Positions 12,149-24,854 of a stretch of DNA of 64,000 bases are shown here, piece by piece. A model generated the notes under the pieces. It was not told where the DNA came from. It searched no databases and saw only the letters and a list, made by a program, of their open reading frames with translations. The position numbers were made by a program, and so were the translations under genes. Source of the stretch: Marsupella aquatica (taxonomy: Eukaryota; Plantae; Marchantiophyta); the NCBI GenBank assembly GCA_973895155.1, contig OZ316895.1, positions 11,306,858 through 11,370,857 on the forward strand. Direction: 5' to 3'. The first letter of the stretch is position 1; every line of letters begins with the position of its first letter.

Positions 12149-12479
12149 TGTAGGTTTCTGATATATTGATGCGAGAATGACTGCCGAGGGGAAGAGAGGG
12201 GCCCCACATAAATACATGTCAGTGAGACATATGGATCAAGAATGATCGATGGTCACAAGAGGAAGGCAGATCAATCTACGGTAGGAAAGGCAATATACAA
12301 CTAACGAACAATGTAATCACTAAGTCCTATAGCGGAAAATGCGCCGGGATAACAGGTGGAGTGGAGCCAGGACAAACTGAGTAGTGGAGCTGATCCGAGT
12401 GGGATCTCCAAATGATGCTTTGGCACTTGGAAGCGTAGATCCAAGTAACTTCCTATGAAAGGCTAAGTTACTGTCAACA
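12149..12479 (-). repeat. 5' LTR of copia B (~330 bp)
   Basis: Inner end fixed by the PBS; outer end inferred from minus-strand TGTTGACAG at 12479; no partner LTR to confirm it. Confidence 0.65.
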
Positions 12480-15400
12480 CGGTACACTGGCTAGCAATTA
12501 CCAGGGTGCCATCTGCCAAGGTACATTGCCAAGGTTTCCATCTAATCTGTAGTTACGTACCGATTTTTGAAGTAAATCATACTGCCATGAAGGTACTCAC
12601 CAATGTGATGACCAGCGTTGATCTGTACACAAGCATCCAAACTGCCCTGCTATCTCTGTAGAGGTGCATTTGTGGGGCAGTGGGTTGAAAGGTCAGTAAT
12701 CGCTCGTCTAACAGGTGAGAGGGAGCAAAATTGGAGGATGGAAACTAAGGTGCTTCGGATAAAACGTAAGCACGGCATTCAGAAGATAACAAGTTGAGCT
12801 AAAGCATGTATTTGCTAGTAGCAAGATGACGAGACAAACTGCACCGGGGAGCACATCTCACACATTGGTTGGGGACGTAAGGGAGCCAATGCATTGAGAA
12901 AGGGATCCAGAGTAACTTGAGGCTCACAAAGTAGGAGAGACACATTGCAAACGTGCAGTGAGGAGCAAACTTGTAATGGAGACTGGAGAAACTACGGACC
13001 AGGGAGGATTGCAGCAATTGGAAAGGGCACCAGCACCGCAGAGTGCAGTGTAGCACGCCAAGTGAGGTGACGAAACTGGACAGGAGCAACGGAGCAGTGG
13101 GTGAAACAGACGGGAGAGCAGGGCTAACAGTGAAGCACTGGAAATGAAGGTCATCGTGTTGCAAATTGTCCACGAAAGGGCAGGGTAGAAAGTGCACCGC
13201 AAAAACGGTGTCTACCGTATCTTCAAGCACCTACAACACCGTCAGTGATGCGGAGTAACAGATTATTGCAATGCTCATGAGACACCGGCGGACATCAGTC
13301 GATAGAATGCTGTGGAAAGATAAGCGGCGGGGGTGTGTTGTGAGGATTTTTGGTAAAGGAAAGCTTAATTTTGCCAAAGAACGCACGAATCCAGGGCCAT
13401 CAACTAAAACCTAATCATGTAGACATCACCGATTTAACGCAGTGTCCCCAGCAAATGGGCGGCGGCAATGTCAAAACGGAAACCACCCTCTAGACTTACT
13501 TGACTTCCCAAGTTCCAACAAGAAATAAAGGTCAAGTACTGCAAAGCTCGAGGCGTGCTCCCCAGAGTCGAAGAATTCTTGTACAAAAACCTCGTTACAT
13601 CCGTCTTGATGTCATTGAGCTCTCAGATCACACCCGTGCACAATGCAGGAGACTCGTCCATACAAGACACGGAGTGTTGGAGCTAGCTGACTCTCAGGAT
13701 CGGGTGAGACTAAGTTACGAAATTTCAACTCAAGGCTTTCTAATCGACAAAATTCACTATCACACAACACTCCGTAATCCGTATCTCTTGGAAGGGGAAT
13801 GTAAGAAGAAGACAACTGTTAGTACACTACTGACAGAGATGGAAGAAACCTTGTCTTGAACAAAAACCTCATCAAGTCGTTTGTGAATGACGTCTTCACT
13901 CCACGAAATCTGGTACATTTATCGTTCCCAGCAGAAAGGTTCTCAGTACTTTTCGGCAAAAAGTTCAGTTGTAAGGTGGATAATGTGAAGTCTCCATCAC
14001 CGAGGCCATGGGACTAGCTCTTCTTCTGGGAAATTTATTACGACCTACATCGTACATGATTGCGAAAGCTATCTAATTAACCTCCGAGCGAACAACTAAC
14101 TCGAGGACCTGAAAAGCCTCCACACATGCTCAAGCATCACTGACTCTCGGCTGACGATGCGGGGGACGTGAGTTTCGTAAGCTGACCCTGAGGCCGATGG
14201 AACTGCCATGGACCGGTGACAATCTATCGAGCGGTTTCTGGCGCGCATTGTAATGCATGTAAAGCTTGCATGGCCTCCGTCACTCAACAGACTACTTTCC
14301 GGAGGGGCAATAATCGAAAGCAAATGCAATTATTTTCTAGTTACATTGCGTCAGCTTACCACCTCTGTCATCGCATACTCCACTAGAAAACATTCTCGCA
14401 TGCAGCTCCAAATGATTCGACTACGAAAGACTAAGGCTGTGTCACTTCTGGCAGGCTTGGTGGCCCCCGACATGGAATCAAGACGAGAGGAAAGTTTTGT
14501 TGGAAAGCACTTCAAAAAGTTTGTCCTTAAAGAAGTAGGTCACAAACTCCATTGCATTATTTTGTAAGATACCTTCGGGTGTCTGTCAGCTGGCCGTGAC
14601 TACTGGTGAACACAATCATGCTCAAAGTTGATCCACAGTGGGAAATCTGATGATCATCGGCTTCTTCTCGAGTCCCTGTCGGAAATCGGATTCAGACGGT
14701 CGTCACGGAACATCCGAAAGGATTTCTCCGATCGTTCTACATGCGTACAGCAACGATCTCGCCTGCATTGCAACTAGAGAAATCCTAAAAGGTCATTGAC
14801 ATGTTTCTTGAAATCGAACTTCTCCAACCATTCCTCCAATCATCTGGAATATCAATTCTCAATCACTTGCGAGGAAACTTAGGCAAGCCTAGTCTGAAAG
14901 TAAAACCAAGGACATAGTATCCTTGTCGCCTTAAGCTCATCAATGTGGAGGGTTATATACATTAAAATGGCCTAGACTAGACGCATCTCAAAATCACTTT
15001 GTGCAAGTTCTGCAGTAAACATTGTCCAATTCATTCACAACGAGGATCGAGTTCAAAGACGAGGATTTCAAAACTCTACAATAGTCTTTCAATCTCCAAC
15101 TCATAAAAGGCTCTCCGTGAAACCCAAACAGTGATCCATCTGTCCACTAGTTCCCTTGCGGCACCAAGAATTGGGCGATGTGAACCAATTCGGCCCACTC
15201 TTTGTTTCCACTTTTCAACAAGTGGTACATCCGGCAAATCCTACGTTGGAACTGGAGAGAGATAAAGTAGTCCAACCATCCATCGCCCGAGCAAAATTTC
15301 AAAGCTAGCCATGATCTAACAAACGAGCTTTCTCAAAATATCTCTTCAAAAAACCTCCTCTACGCATGACTGGCCTAAGTCCTCTGAAGAATGCTACCTT

Positions 15401-16028
15401 CACATTCCTCACCTTCGTGCCAGGCCCGCAATTTTTGCGAAGCCTACACATGCTCTTCAAAATGCTTCACCCTTTGCAGACCACCAGGAAACCAAAGCAG
15501 CCCTTTACGAGTTCACGACCTGTACACTCGAATGTTTTTTTATAACTCCACTTCATTTAGAAACAATCCGACAATGATGGCGACTTCGTGGATCATTCAT
15601 AAAGACGTCAAAAATCAACCCCAACCCTCCTCCAGGAATGACTCAGATGAGAATTCGGGGATGGCCGGGGAATGGAGTCCGAGGGAAAGCTCGACGCGAC
15701 GGACCTACTGCGAACTGCTCGAACTTGCTCAATCCGAAAAAAATAAATGTGACGATCCGATCTGTCCACAATCGTGAGCGTTTCTAGCTGTTCGGGGAGA
15801 GGGAAGGTGAGCAATCCCCAATTTATCATAAGGTATGTATTTCGTTGACATGGCACAATATGCACCACCTGAGTAACATGCTAGATCTGCTCTTGTAACC
15901 TATGCACAAAAACCTTCACAAGAACAGACTTGAAAGAATCAATCTACCTACGGAAAAAATTAGTGGATGAGAATTCCACCCATTGAGTGTGGAACGACAT
16001 CCACGCGAGTATCGGAGCTTTCCAACTC

Positions 16029-17837
16029 TCAATCAGTGATGAGTTGCACTCCTCCTTTTGGATAATCTTCCGCAAGACACGGTGTCAAATAAGGGACGAC
16101 ATCCACAATCTGCTTGCCGTCTACATCTTTGTCCAAAGGGCAGTCGTACTTCGTATAGCCCCCCTGGTAGCAAATGTCCATTGTCCTGCCCCGCGTGCAG
16201 GGCGTCTTTGCACCCTTTCTAATTTCAATGAACCATGGTCTCAAAGCACCATAGGCTTGGGCTAAGCCACCATAGGTAGAGATTGGGGTGACGAAAAGAT
16301 CGTCCGCGAAGCTCAGCGCGATGACTTCTGCGAGGGCTTGCCGATCGACCTCCACACCAAACTCCTGAACATCCTCGTGTGTCACTTGAACGAGCGCCAC
16401 ACTCTCTCCCGTGGAGGTCGGGTGGCGCAAGAAGAGCCGAGTCAAGTGATCGTGCAGACCAGTGTAAAGGCAAGCGATGAACACGGCCACGACTTTGGAT
16501 TTCTTCGGTGCTTCTTCCGAGAAGTGCGAGTCATCGATGCGACTATCCACGGAGAAATTCACGCTTGGAAGAATTCCATTTCCGAGAGCGCATAACGTGA
16601 TCCGCTCGTTGTAAATGTCGTTCATCTGCTGGTAGTGAGGCAGACCATCCTTGTACCGGACTTGAATCCCCACACGCCTGTCGGCGTGGTTGAGGTAAGC
16701 GTCATTCATACGCTTGGCACGATCCCAGACAGTGTCGCCGGGCAGCATAATGGTTCGCAGGAGATGCGTGAGAGCCATCTTGTCCGGGAAAAGAGCCTCT
16801 AGAGTAGGACGGAAGGATCCGATGGCGAAGAGGTTGGGGAGAGTGTAAAGGCAGCCGGTGATGTACAGCCAAGGAATATCTCGATACCGCTCCTGTGAAG
16901 AACTGCAGTAGAACCGTTCCCTCGGGTGCCACTGCTCACGTATTTTTCTGTTGCCATATGTGATCGCCGATGCGTAGGGTAAGGGAGATTTGCGTGATGA
17001 TTTCTTCTCCTTGTCCAAATCTCGGTAGAAATACTCAGGAAGCAGCCATGTCTTCGGATGGCTCAAAGGAGGGAATGGAAGAGTAGAATTTTCAATCCTC
17101 CAAGCGGATCCTTCAAAGGGCTCACACATTATATACGGCAAGAGAGTAGGCAAGGGGACTAGGACCACTCTTTGAGTAAGAATGGCGTACATGATGTTCG
17201 ACAGCACCACGAGAACTTTGTTTCCCAGACCTGTCCCGTCCATCACGTCTGCTACAAGAAATTTGCAACCAGTGCTCGAGTTTTGCCTGTAGAAGTAATC
17301 GGTGAGATCTCCAGCATTCTGCAAACAAGTGCGGTGGAGTATTGAGTATTGGCGAAGAACCTCATTCCATTGTGAATTGGTTTCCACATGCTCCACATGG
17401 TTCCTTCGTTCATATAAGTGCAGCAGTTCATCACGGCTCCTGCAGGGATTTTGTGCCTTCCACTCTTCGCTGTCCTTTTTCGTCCACTTTGGCTCCTTCC
17501 CTCCATTAGCATCGCGGGTGGCCTTCTTAATAGCATCGACGAGTTTTTGAACTTCGGGGTTCAACTCCACAGGACTATTAACTTTGACAATTTGAGGCCT
17601 GACGGATCCACCGTCAGTGAAGGCTCCACCTGTACCCTGAACATCTGCCTCGGAATTGCTGTACAGGAAGAGAGGACTTTCCTCTACACTGATCACATAG
17701 ACTAGTAAGAAAAACAGTAACATCGTGGTGCACGACAGGACGAAGATGGTCGCTTGCATTATTCCACCACATTGGCCTCCAGCGAATTTCTTTTTTTCCC
17801 TTTTGGCAAGAGCTTCGATCTTGTCTAACCCAAACAT
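16029..17837 (-). CDS. Xyloglucan/galactoside 2-alpha-L-fucosyltransferase-like (GT37), type II membrane protein, 602 aa, single coding exon
   Basis: N-terminal TM helix; motifs GLGNK.L...YAILTQRVVLV, VGIQVR, ALAEVIALSFADDLFVTPISTYGGLAQAYGALRPW typical of the plant FUT family. Confidence 0.92.
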   Translation of the reverse strand: MFGLDKIEALAKREKKKFAGGQCGGIMQATIFVLSCTTMLLFFLLVYVISVEESPLFLYSNSEADVQGTGGAFTDGGSVRPQIVKVNSPVELNPEVQKLVDAIKKATRDANGGKEPKWTKKDSEEWKAQNPCRSRDELLHLYERRNHVEHVETNSQWNEVLRQYSILHRTCLQNAGDLTDYFYRQNSSTGCKFLVADVMDGTGLGNKVLVVLSNIMYAILTQRVVLVPLPTLLPYIMCEPFEGSAWRIENSTLPFPPLSHPKTWLLPEYFYRDLDKEKKSSRKSPLPYASAITYGNRKIREQWHPRERFYCSSSQERYRDIPWLYITGCLYTLPNLFAIGSFRPTLEALFPDKMALTHLLRTIMLPGDTVWDRAKRMNDAYLNHADRRVGIQVRYKDGLPHYQQMNDIYNERITLCALGNGILPSVNFSVDSRIDDSHFSEEAPKKSKVVAVFIACLYTGLHDHLTRLFLRHPTSTGESVALVQVTHEDVQEFGVEVDRQALAEVIALSFADDLFVTPISTYGGLAQAYGALRPWFIEIRKGAKTPCTRGRTMDICYQGGYTKYDCPLDKDVDGKQIVDVVPYLTPCLAEDYPKGGVQLITD

Positions 17838-18969
17838 CTTCTTCTGCAGACAAGAGGCGCTCCCAAATGTCAGAGACCTGGAGTCGAGCGCTTCTATGTC
17901 AGCACATTGCCAGATCCCAAATTCAGATCATCATGTAAGCAGTTGGATCCCTCGCTACCAGGATGCGCAAGTCATGGTCTACGTAAAGTACCTGCCACTA
18001 CCAGATCTCTAAGAGAAAGACATCATCAACCTTAAAGAAGCCCGAAACAGATCATTGAGTAAATCTTGACCTCGTTGAGTGTACCAGGACCACACTCTAA
18101 ACCACCTAGAGATGATCACATTGGTTAAACCCTTCTATTCGAACTTACTAACCTCGCAATAATTCCAAGGAAAACACTAGCAGCTATGCACCGTCTGTCT
18201 CACAGTCAGTTCAATACAGTACCTTCGTCAGACAGCAGCGTCAGATCGGTACTGTTGCTACGCTGTCAGCTGCAGAGCCGTCTCGGACGGCTGTCGATAT
18301 CGTGCGAGTTCACCACAGGGTAGACATCCGATCTCGATGGCGGCCGCGGGCAAATTGCGAGACTCCTCTGTGCTCATTACTCCTCCTGTTCCATATCAAT
18401 CCCTACAGAATTACAGATTCAATCCACCGACGGACACCGAACTTCTCAACTCGACGAGCGTCCTTCTCGGGCCGATCACCTCGACCTGTTCCACAAACTT
18501 CGACAACGGCAGCGTGAAACACAGCAAAACGTTGTTTCTAGACCACAACATCCATCACCAAGTCATCTTCGACGGCATCACTGATGGTTAACGCGGAAGA
18601 ACGGATACAGCGCTTCATGTGCTCCGGCGAAACCCTGATGGTGCAACAAGTTGGCCGGTCCGTTCCCGACCCTTCGAAGTCAGACCACACCACATCGCCG
18701 GCCAGATTTGGGCAACGGGGAAGCGTTCGTCGTCGATGTCCCAACCACAGTGCAAGACGAATAGCTCGGGAGACTTTTTCAGAAGTCTGTCGTAGGGGAG
18801 GAATTTTACTGATCATTCCCAGCTGTGCACGGCGCCTCAGGTCTCATCTCAATCCGCTGCCACGAACGGGAATCACGAAGGTAATGAAAAGCAAGTTGAC
18901 CAAGAGGACGTAAATAATGACGAATCGCAAAAGGCCGAATGATGGCTGCCGCAGTGTACTAAATTGCAG

Positions 18970-19450
18970 CAGCAGCTGTTCTGCCCACACGTACGCGAAG
19001 GCGAGGGGCTGAGGGCGTACTCTCTCTCTCTCTCGTCAAAGCTTTCAATCAATCGGCTCTCCATTAGTTCCCCTGTCCAGTTACATTGTTACAACGCCTC
19101 GGGTTGCATGGGTCTCGGTTGGGAGTAACTTGCCCCAACTGCTGTTCTCCGGACATGTATGCAAAGGTGAGGGGCTGCCGGCATACTCTCCGGGTGCGGT
19201 TATATTCTCAGGGTCCTGGTAAATGTACATCAAAATATGAATATGAAATATATGGTGTATGACATTCCTTCATACAATGATAAACATACTTTTTTTCTTA
19301 AATCAATGAGTGCATCACAATTTGATGTGAGATTACTGAGAAAGATACTCTCTTGTCAAAGTTCTTAATAATACATCAGCCCTCCTCTATTTCCCCTGTC
19401 CAGTCACAACACCAGGGTTGCATGGGTCTCAGTTGGGAGTAACTTGCCCC
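18970..19450. repeat. Diverged local duplications
   Basis: GCTGTTCT...GGGGCTG...TACTCTC at ~18975 and ~19141; TTCCCCTGTCCAGT...GGGAGTAACTTGCCCC at ~19068 and ~19391. Confidence 0.7.
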
Positions 19451-19550
19451 CACATCATTCCTTGCGTCAGCCTTAAAAGGTGCTTCTCCTGCCCCCCCAT
19501 GCACCCCCCGCCCCCCCACCCCCTTCCCTTCCCCAAGTCCCATGCCGTCT

Positions 19551-19603
19551 CCTCCCCTCCCCTCCCCTCCCCTCCCCTCCCCTCCCCTCCCCTCCCCTCC
19601 CCT
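19551..19603. repeat. (CCCCT)n microsatellite
   Basis: About 10 perfect units within a C-run-rich tract from 19492. Confidence 0.95.
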
Positions 19604-20261
19604 ATGTTACTCCCTTCGTGGTCACTGAGATGTCCTTTACACTGATTGAACAAGGGCCCATGACCAGGTAATGGCGAGCGCAACCACATAAGAACCATTC
19701 ACGAAGACGACTGTAACTGTGCCCATTTGGGATCGTGGTGCATCTCATTATTTTTGGTCAAGATGGACTGATTGTCAATATTCATTCTCCAGGAGGGCCA
19801 CTGTCGACGCCCCAGGTACCACCGACACGAATCTCATGATACACTAGGTCCGTTTTTCATGTTTTGTGGGGGACACGCCCAAATACCACTCCCCATTTTT
19901 AAACATGGTCTAAATATGAAAAACAGTTATAGCATAAAGATTACGTTCCATAGAGTAAATTACAAATGGTAGATTTTTATTGTGAATTATACTCTAGCCA
20001 AGCCAAGTAAGATTACCCGTTCTGTGAACGTAATAGAAGTGATGACAAAAAAAACCCTGCAAAACAAAGATTTTTTGTTATTTCCCCTTTATCTTTGCCC
20101 CCATCAGTCTTGTTTGTGTGCACCCTTTGCCATTCACAACAGCGATGTGTGATCCATTGAATACTCCAGAGAGATTAGAAAAAGACAAATCACATTAGGA
20201 GATGATGCCCTAGGGGGGAACCACATACCATGGGTAACATACCATGGGTATCTGGTGGTGG

Positions 20262-20263
<2 letters not shown>

Positions 20264-20300
<37 letters not shown>
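20264..20300. repeat. (CT)n microsatellite
   Basis: Direct observation. Confidence 0.95.
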
Positions 20301-20307
<7 letters not shown>

Positions 20308-21409
20308 CTGATCATATCCATCATGAATGTGCCTTTCATCAAAAACTATAATCTATTCTTGCACCAAAAAATGCAGTGGTGGTAATTCAAATTGGTTATT
20401 TTGGGTGGAAAAATAAAAACCTGAAAAGTGAAAGAAATCAACCAAAAGCAAATTATATAAAGTAAAAGAAATAAACCAAAAGTGAATTGTATTTGGTGTG
20501 AAATCTTTTCCAAGCAAAAAGAAAAAGTGTGAACCAATCATGACCCTTAATTAAAATATCATTTTTTGACACCATCACATCTGTTGTACCCCATGGAAAA
20601 AAATGTATGCCCAAACTGCCCTTCAGCCCACCCTCGATCACCTGCCTCAGATAAAATTAATTCAAGATAGTTAAATTTATTTATATTTAAACTATTTAGA
20701 CTTAAATTTAAAATTTGAAAAAAAGTTTGAAATTTGAAAAACTTTTGAATCTAAATAAAACATAGAAAATATTTATCTTTCTCAAATCAATCTTTTCTCT
20801 CCTCGATACATTTTTCTCACCTCAGCACTTTTTTCTTTCATCGACACTTTTTTTAATCTTGACTTTTTTCCTCACCTTGATATCTTTTCTCATCTCAACA
20901 TCTTTTGTGCAACACACTGACATCAGGGTGGACATCAGGCTGGTCATAAATGAGGACCAACCAAATATGTTGGCTGGAAAATATACAAAAATATATAGTA
21001 TTGTATACCTACATATACCTCATAGGATACATAATTCCCAGCATCCGCAATCAATTTGTAGCCTAAATCTCCCCCGCTATAATCCTTTGGCCGCCAAAGA
21101 AGTGTGTTGATCTATCCACACCATATTTGAATCGTCTATGACAAGCCACGTTCAAAAGTTGCTGTAAACTTTGGATCAACATATTGCCATTGCCCCGCCA
21201 TTGCCATATGCAGCTATACAGCCAAACTCATGTTCCCTCAAAACTCCATTTCTCACAATCAAGAGAGCCATGAGGATGCATCCAAGGAGCACCAATGCAA
21301 CAAAAATGGTGGCATAAGAATCGTGCAACACTGGCAAGCATAACTTAAAGCAAGCATTTTGTGTGGTGCAATGGGAGATTGTGGGCAACTGACTCACCAA
21401 CAACCATCT

Positions 21410-23005
21410 CTAGAGGTTAACTTAGTTTTGGGCTGAACTATAGTTAGTACGTTAATAGGGTTTGCTCTAACCCTAGTTGGAAAGATTATTCCTTATCTTC
21501 TCCGTGTTCTCAATGGTGTGACCACACACTAGAGAGTGTTGAAGAGACAACACAAAGCATATAGCAAGGAATGAGAGCTTGAAGAAGAAGATATATGGTG
21601 ATGCTGTTAAGTAGACACATAACTGTTAATAAAGTTTTGTCATTCACGTGGAGGTAGTCAACCTTGAGATGAACCACATAACAACTAAGTAAGTGTATGT
21701 GTTGAAGTTATTTCCTGATAAGATTCTTCCTCACGACAGGTATCTAAGCTCAAATTTTTGAACTGATTAAGAACTTCATGGAACTTGCTGCAAGTAGAGC
21801 AAACAACAAATGTTTTCTAATTGAGACGGAGTTATTGGGAGAATATTACACTCAATCTTCTCACAAGTGTGAAAAACACAATTAGTGGCTCATTTCAGTG
21901 AAGCAAAGGTTGCCTAAGACCAAAAATAGAGGAAATCTCAAAACCCGCTTTTTAGATTGAGATATTGGGAAAAAGATAAGTTTGATTTCTCATATCAGTC
22001 TTTTGAATTGGTCTGTTTGAACTTGGAATTTACATATGCTTGAGCATCTTGTCTTTCTGAATATTTTAATATCAAAATTGTTGAATTTTGTCAAGCAATT
22101 GTGATGCAATCTCATTTTGATTTCTTGTTTTGAATTGAAAAGTTTGGTTATGGCAAATAAGATAACATAATTAATTTTTGACTAATTGTTCTTCCTCATT
22201 CCTTCACTGTTTCTAGATTTCTTTATATTGATCTAGATGTCCTCACAGTCTAGTTTCCAAATCTACAATCAAATTTGGATTCTGTGAAGAATTGAGTCGG
22301 GAAATTGAGTGAACCCGCCTTAGGGTACTTATTGCTAGGAGTAGTCATGACTCATGTGGGTGTGGGAGGAGGCTGAAAATGTCAAGGGAGGTGTTTGAGG
22401 CGGGGTTCTAGAGCTTGACAGGACTCGGCAGGGGGGAGTGCCCCCCTCTAAATTGCCCCCATAGGAGCTATACAAGGGCTTGCAGAATTTGTTTTTGGCC
22501 TTATTTTCACACCCCACGTCTAAGCATTTGAAGTTTTTTCTTGTGAAAGGAGACTCAACACTACATTGAGTGTTCTAACTATGGCGACTAATAGGATTGG
22601 AGGTCAAAGGTTTGAGGTGGAAAATTTGATGATTGAATGGACTATATCATGTGGGATCGTAATGTGAGGGATGCACTCAAGAAGATGGGCCCAGGAAAAG
22701 TACTAAGATCTCAACCCAAGAAGATGGAAGTTGATGACTAGCATGATCTCTAGAATCAAGCACTGAGAATTGTTGGCATGTACCTGAAAAAAAAAGTGAA
22801 GAAATAATTTGAGGAAAAGTCAAGATAGACAATATCGGACTAGTTTCAGGCATTATGCAATAAATATTACAAGAATGAGATGTCAAACCAAATGTATGCA
22901 AGCCTAAAGCTCATGCAATTCAAAATAGCCAATGGAGCAAAGATTCAAGATCATATTGATCATTTTAATGATCTTGTGCTTGACCTTGAAATTTTGGGGA
23001 AGCAT
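21410..23005 (+). mobile_element. Old copia fragment C: degenerate LTR, PBS, leader and gag N-terminus
   Basis: PBS-like GGTATCTAAGC near 21739; 22581 reads MATNRIGGQRFEVEKFD...DYIMWDRNVRDAL; 22880 ORF reads LKLMQFKIANGAKIQDHIDHFNDLVLDLE (UBN2/gag-like). Left boundary approximate. Confidence 0.7.
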
Positions 23006-23264
23006 CTGCTCCATAACCGAACCTTGATACACTTAAGGCCTACATATTTTTATTTTCACAATTTTTAATAAAAGTTGAGGAGAGTCTCATAATGAGTTTA
23101 TCCAAATCTTGGGAAATAATGGAGTGCAATATACTAAGACAAAAATAGGGAAGGGCATTAAGAGAAAGGCAAAACCTTACTAATGAAGCTGGTCCCTAAT
23201 GGTAGGGTATATGCTTGATGGACCCTCAAAATGAAGATTATTACTTGATGGGATCCCTGAGTAT

Positions 23265-23560
23265 CCAGACCCTTGATAGACCTTAAAGCAATGTACCCAA
23301 TGGATCCTTGAGTCATCTAGACCTTGATAGACCTTGATAGACCTTAGACCACAAATATATATAATAGGTATAGGTAACTGGTAGCTTGAGCATGAGGGCT
23401 CTCATTTCTATTATGAATGGAGGAATGGGCCAGAGTGTTTTGGGGTGAGGTCCACTTTTTTTGGTCAGCCACACTATTCATTACTCTCATTTCCACTATG
23501 AATGGAGGGATGGGCATGAGTCTAAAGGTTAGGTCAATTTTGGTAGGCTCCACTATTCAC
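23265..23560. repeat. Short tandem repeats (AGACCTTGAT)n and a duplicated ~87-bp unit
   Basis: AGACCTTGAT repeats at 23267-23350; CTCTCATTTC..TATGAATGGAGG.ATGGGC occurs twice. Confidence 0.7.
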
Positions 23561-24189
23561 TGCTGGCACAAATGAACATGAGCTGGGTAGGGAATGGGGC
23601 CTTTTATATGGCCAAGTGTGGTTTAAATCAATAGCAGGACATCTCCATACTCAGCCACACCACAATGACGTCTTCCCATAACTCAAGGACTATGGGAACC
23701 CCCAAAAGAGTTATGGGAGTCCATCTTCACAACTGTAGGCAAACCCCGCAGTCTCAACACTTGATCCATAACTTTTCTGAAACTTTAGGTGCAAATCCAA
23801 AAATTTAATAACTCGCAAATGAAGGCACATGGACTTTGCACCTGACATGATCATCACCTGACATGACCTTTTGGACACTCAATCTTTGGTCCTAAAAAAT
23901 CTGGATTTGGGGACTAGCTTTCCTTAAGTCATTTGTTTTGCATAAGCATAATACTTTTATGCTTCCCTTAGAATCTATTAACTTATTTAAAGAAGGTTCC
24001 CACACTATTCACCATAACTAGTGTTACTCACACTCATTTGAGGGCGCCAATTTGTCGATCATGACACTGTTTTTGTGCACATGCAAGAGCGTTACTGTAA
24101 TCTCAAGAGTGGGAAAGTAGAGTAAAAAAATTGTTTTGAAAAATACTCAAGAATTAGTGTTTTTTTGGGCTCAAGATCACCCAATCTCA

Positions 24190-24854
24190 GGGGGGTCACT
24201 ATACGGAGGGCCATACATTGCGTGTGATGTTTTAGAATTTGACTCCCCTAATTTATAAGTGAAATACATTTTTGCAAAACCCTTTTTTTCTTTAAATTTT
24301 GTCATTTTTTACTAAAAAACCCCTAAAAACTTTACAAAAAATATTTTTTACAATTCAATAGACTTATGTATTCTTTAAAGCTGACTAGACAATAAAACAT
24401 GCCCTATTTTTTCTTCCATAAAACTTTGGAATCTTTCGCCACACCCATTTAAATGGGCATATACTTCATCGCACTTGATGTGCCATTGTTAGGATTTACA
24501 TTTAGGTCTAGAATTACGATTGTACCGCAGTTAGGGCTAACCTTAGTCGTAGAGTAGGTTAGGTTAATCATGATGTGCACACACTATACCCAAGCGGTGT
24601 TTGCTTGGAGAGTAGGAACTCAGGCTTATTGTAACGGAGCCACTTGAGAGATAAGGGGAGCTTGTGTTGTGGATGCTTGGTGTGGCCGGTTGACCTAGAG
24701 TGCAGTAAAGCTCTTGTGTGTTCTTGTGGATGCCTCATGTGGAGGTGAACCATGTATCTTTCTATGTTGGTACTTGTGCGTTGGATGGTTCATGGGCTTG
24801 CCGTTACGATTGCCGTCTATGCTCAACAGCCACTTCCATGGAAGTGACCCCCCC
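24190..24854. mobile_element. MITE-like element (same family as 5275-5511) interrupted by a solo LTR
   Basis: GGGGGGTCACTATA...CCATGGAAGTGACCCCCC; subterminal sequence matches the reverse complement of 5275-5350. Confidence 0.8.
24487..24828 (+). mobile_element. Solo LTR of the copia A family
   Basis: TGTTAGG...CTATGCTCAACA; homologous to 1187-1589; TSD GCCAT/GCCAC. Confidence 0.92.

Larger units (their letters stand above)
3178..12479 (-). mobile_element. Ty1/copia retrotransposon B, 3'-truncated within RT, decayed, with three nested insertions
   Basis: Minus-strand order: LTR, PBS, gag (MNQD...KLNGNNYPLWSYKMK; UBN2-like region; Zn knuckle CFTCGDPTHIARTC near 11110-11155), protease (WIFDSGANTH near 10835-10866), integrase (ELVHSDVWGP, TDRGGKY, AAYTPHQNGVSE), SH3-like (KLEPKSIKAIFVGY), RT (KACLIAKG..Q.HGIDYFETFAPV, HMDVDTIFLN, LYGLWQS). 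Several stops and frameshifts. Confidence 0.93.

Noticed and set aside
19418-19698. Pro-rich and Gly/Arg-rich ORFs
   Set aside because: They are translations of the (CCCCT)n microsatellite.
24035-24070. Tat-type PBS-like TGGCGCCC on the minus strand next to ...GACA
   Set aside because: No gag/pol or definable LTR accompanies it.
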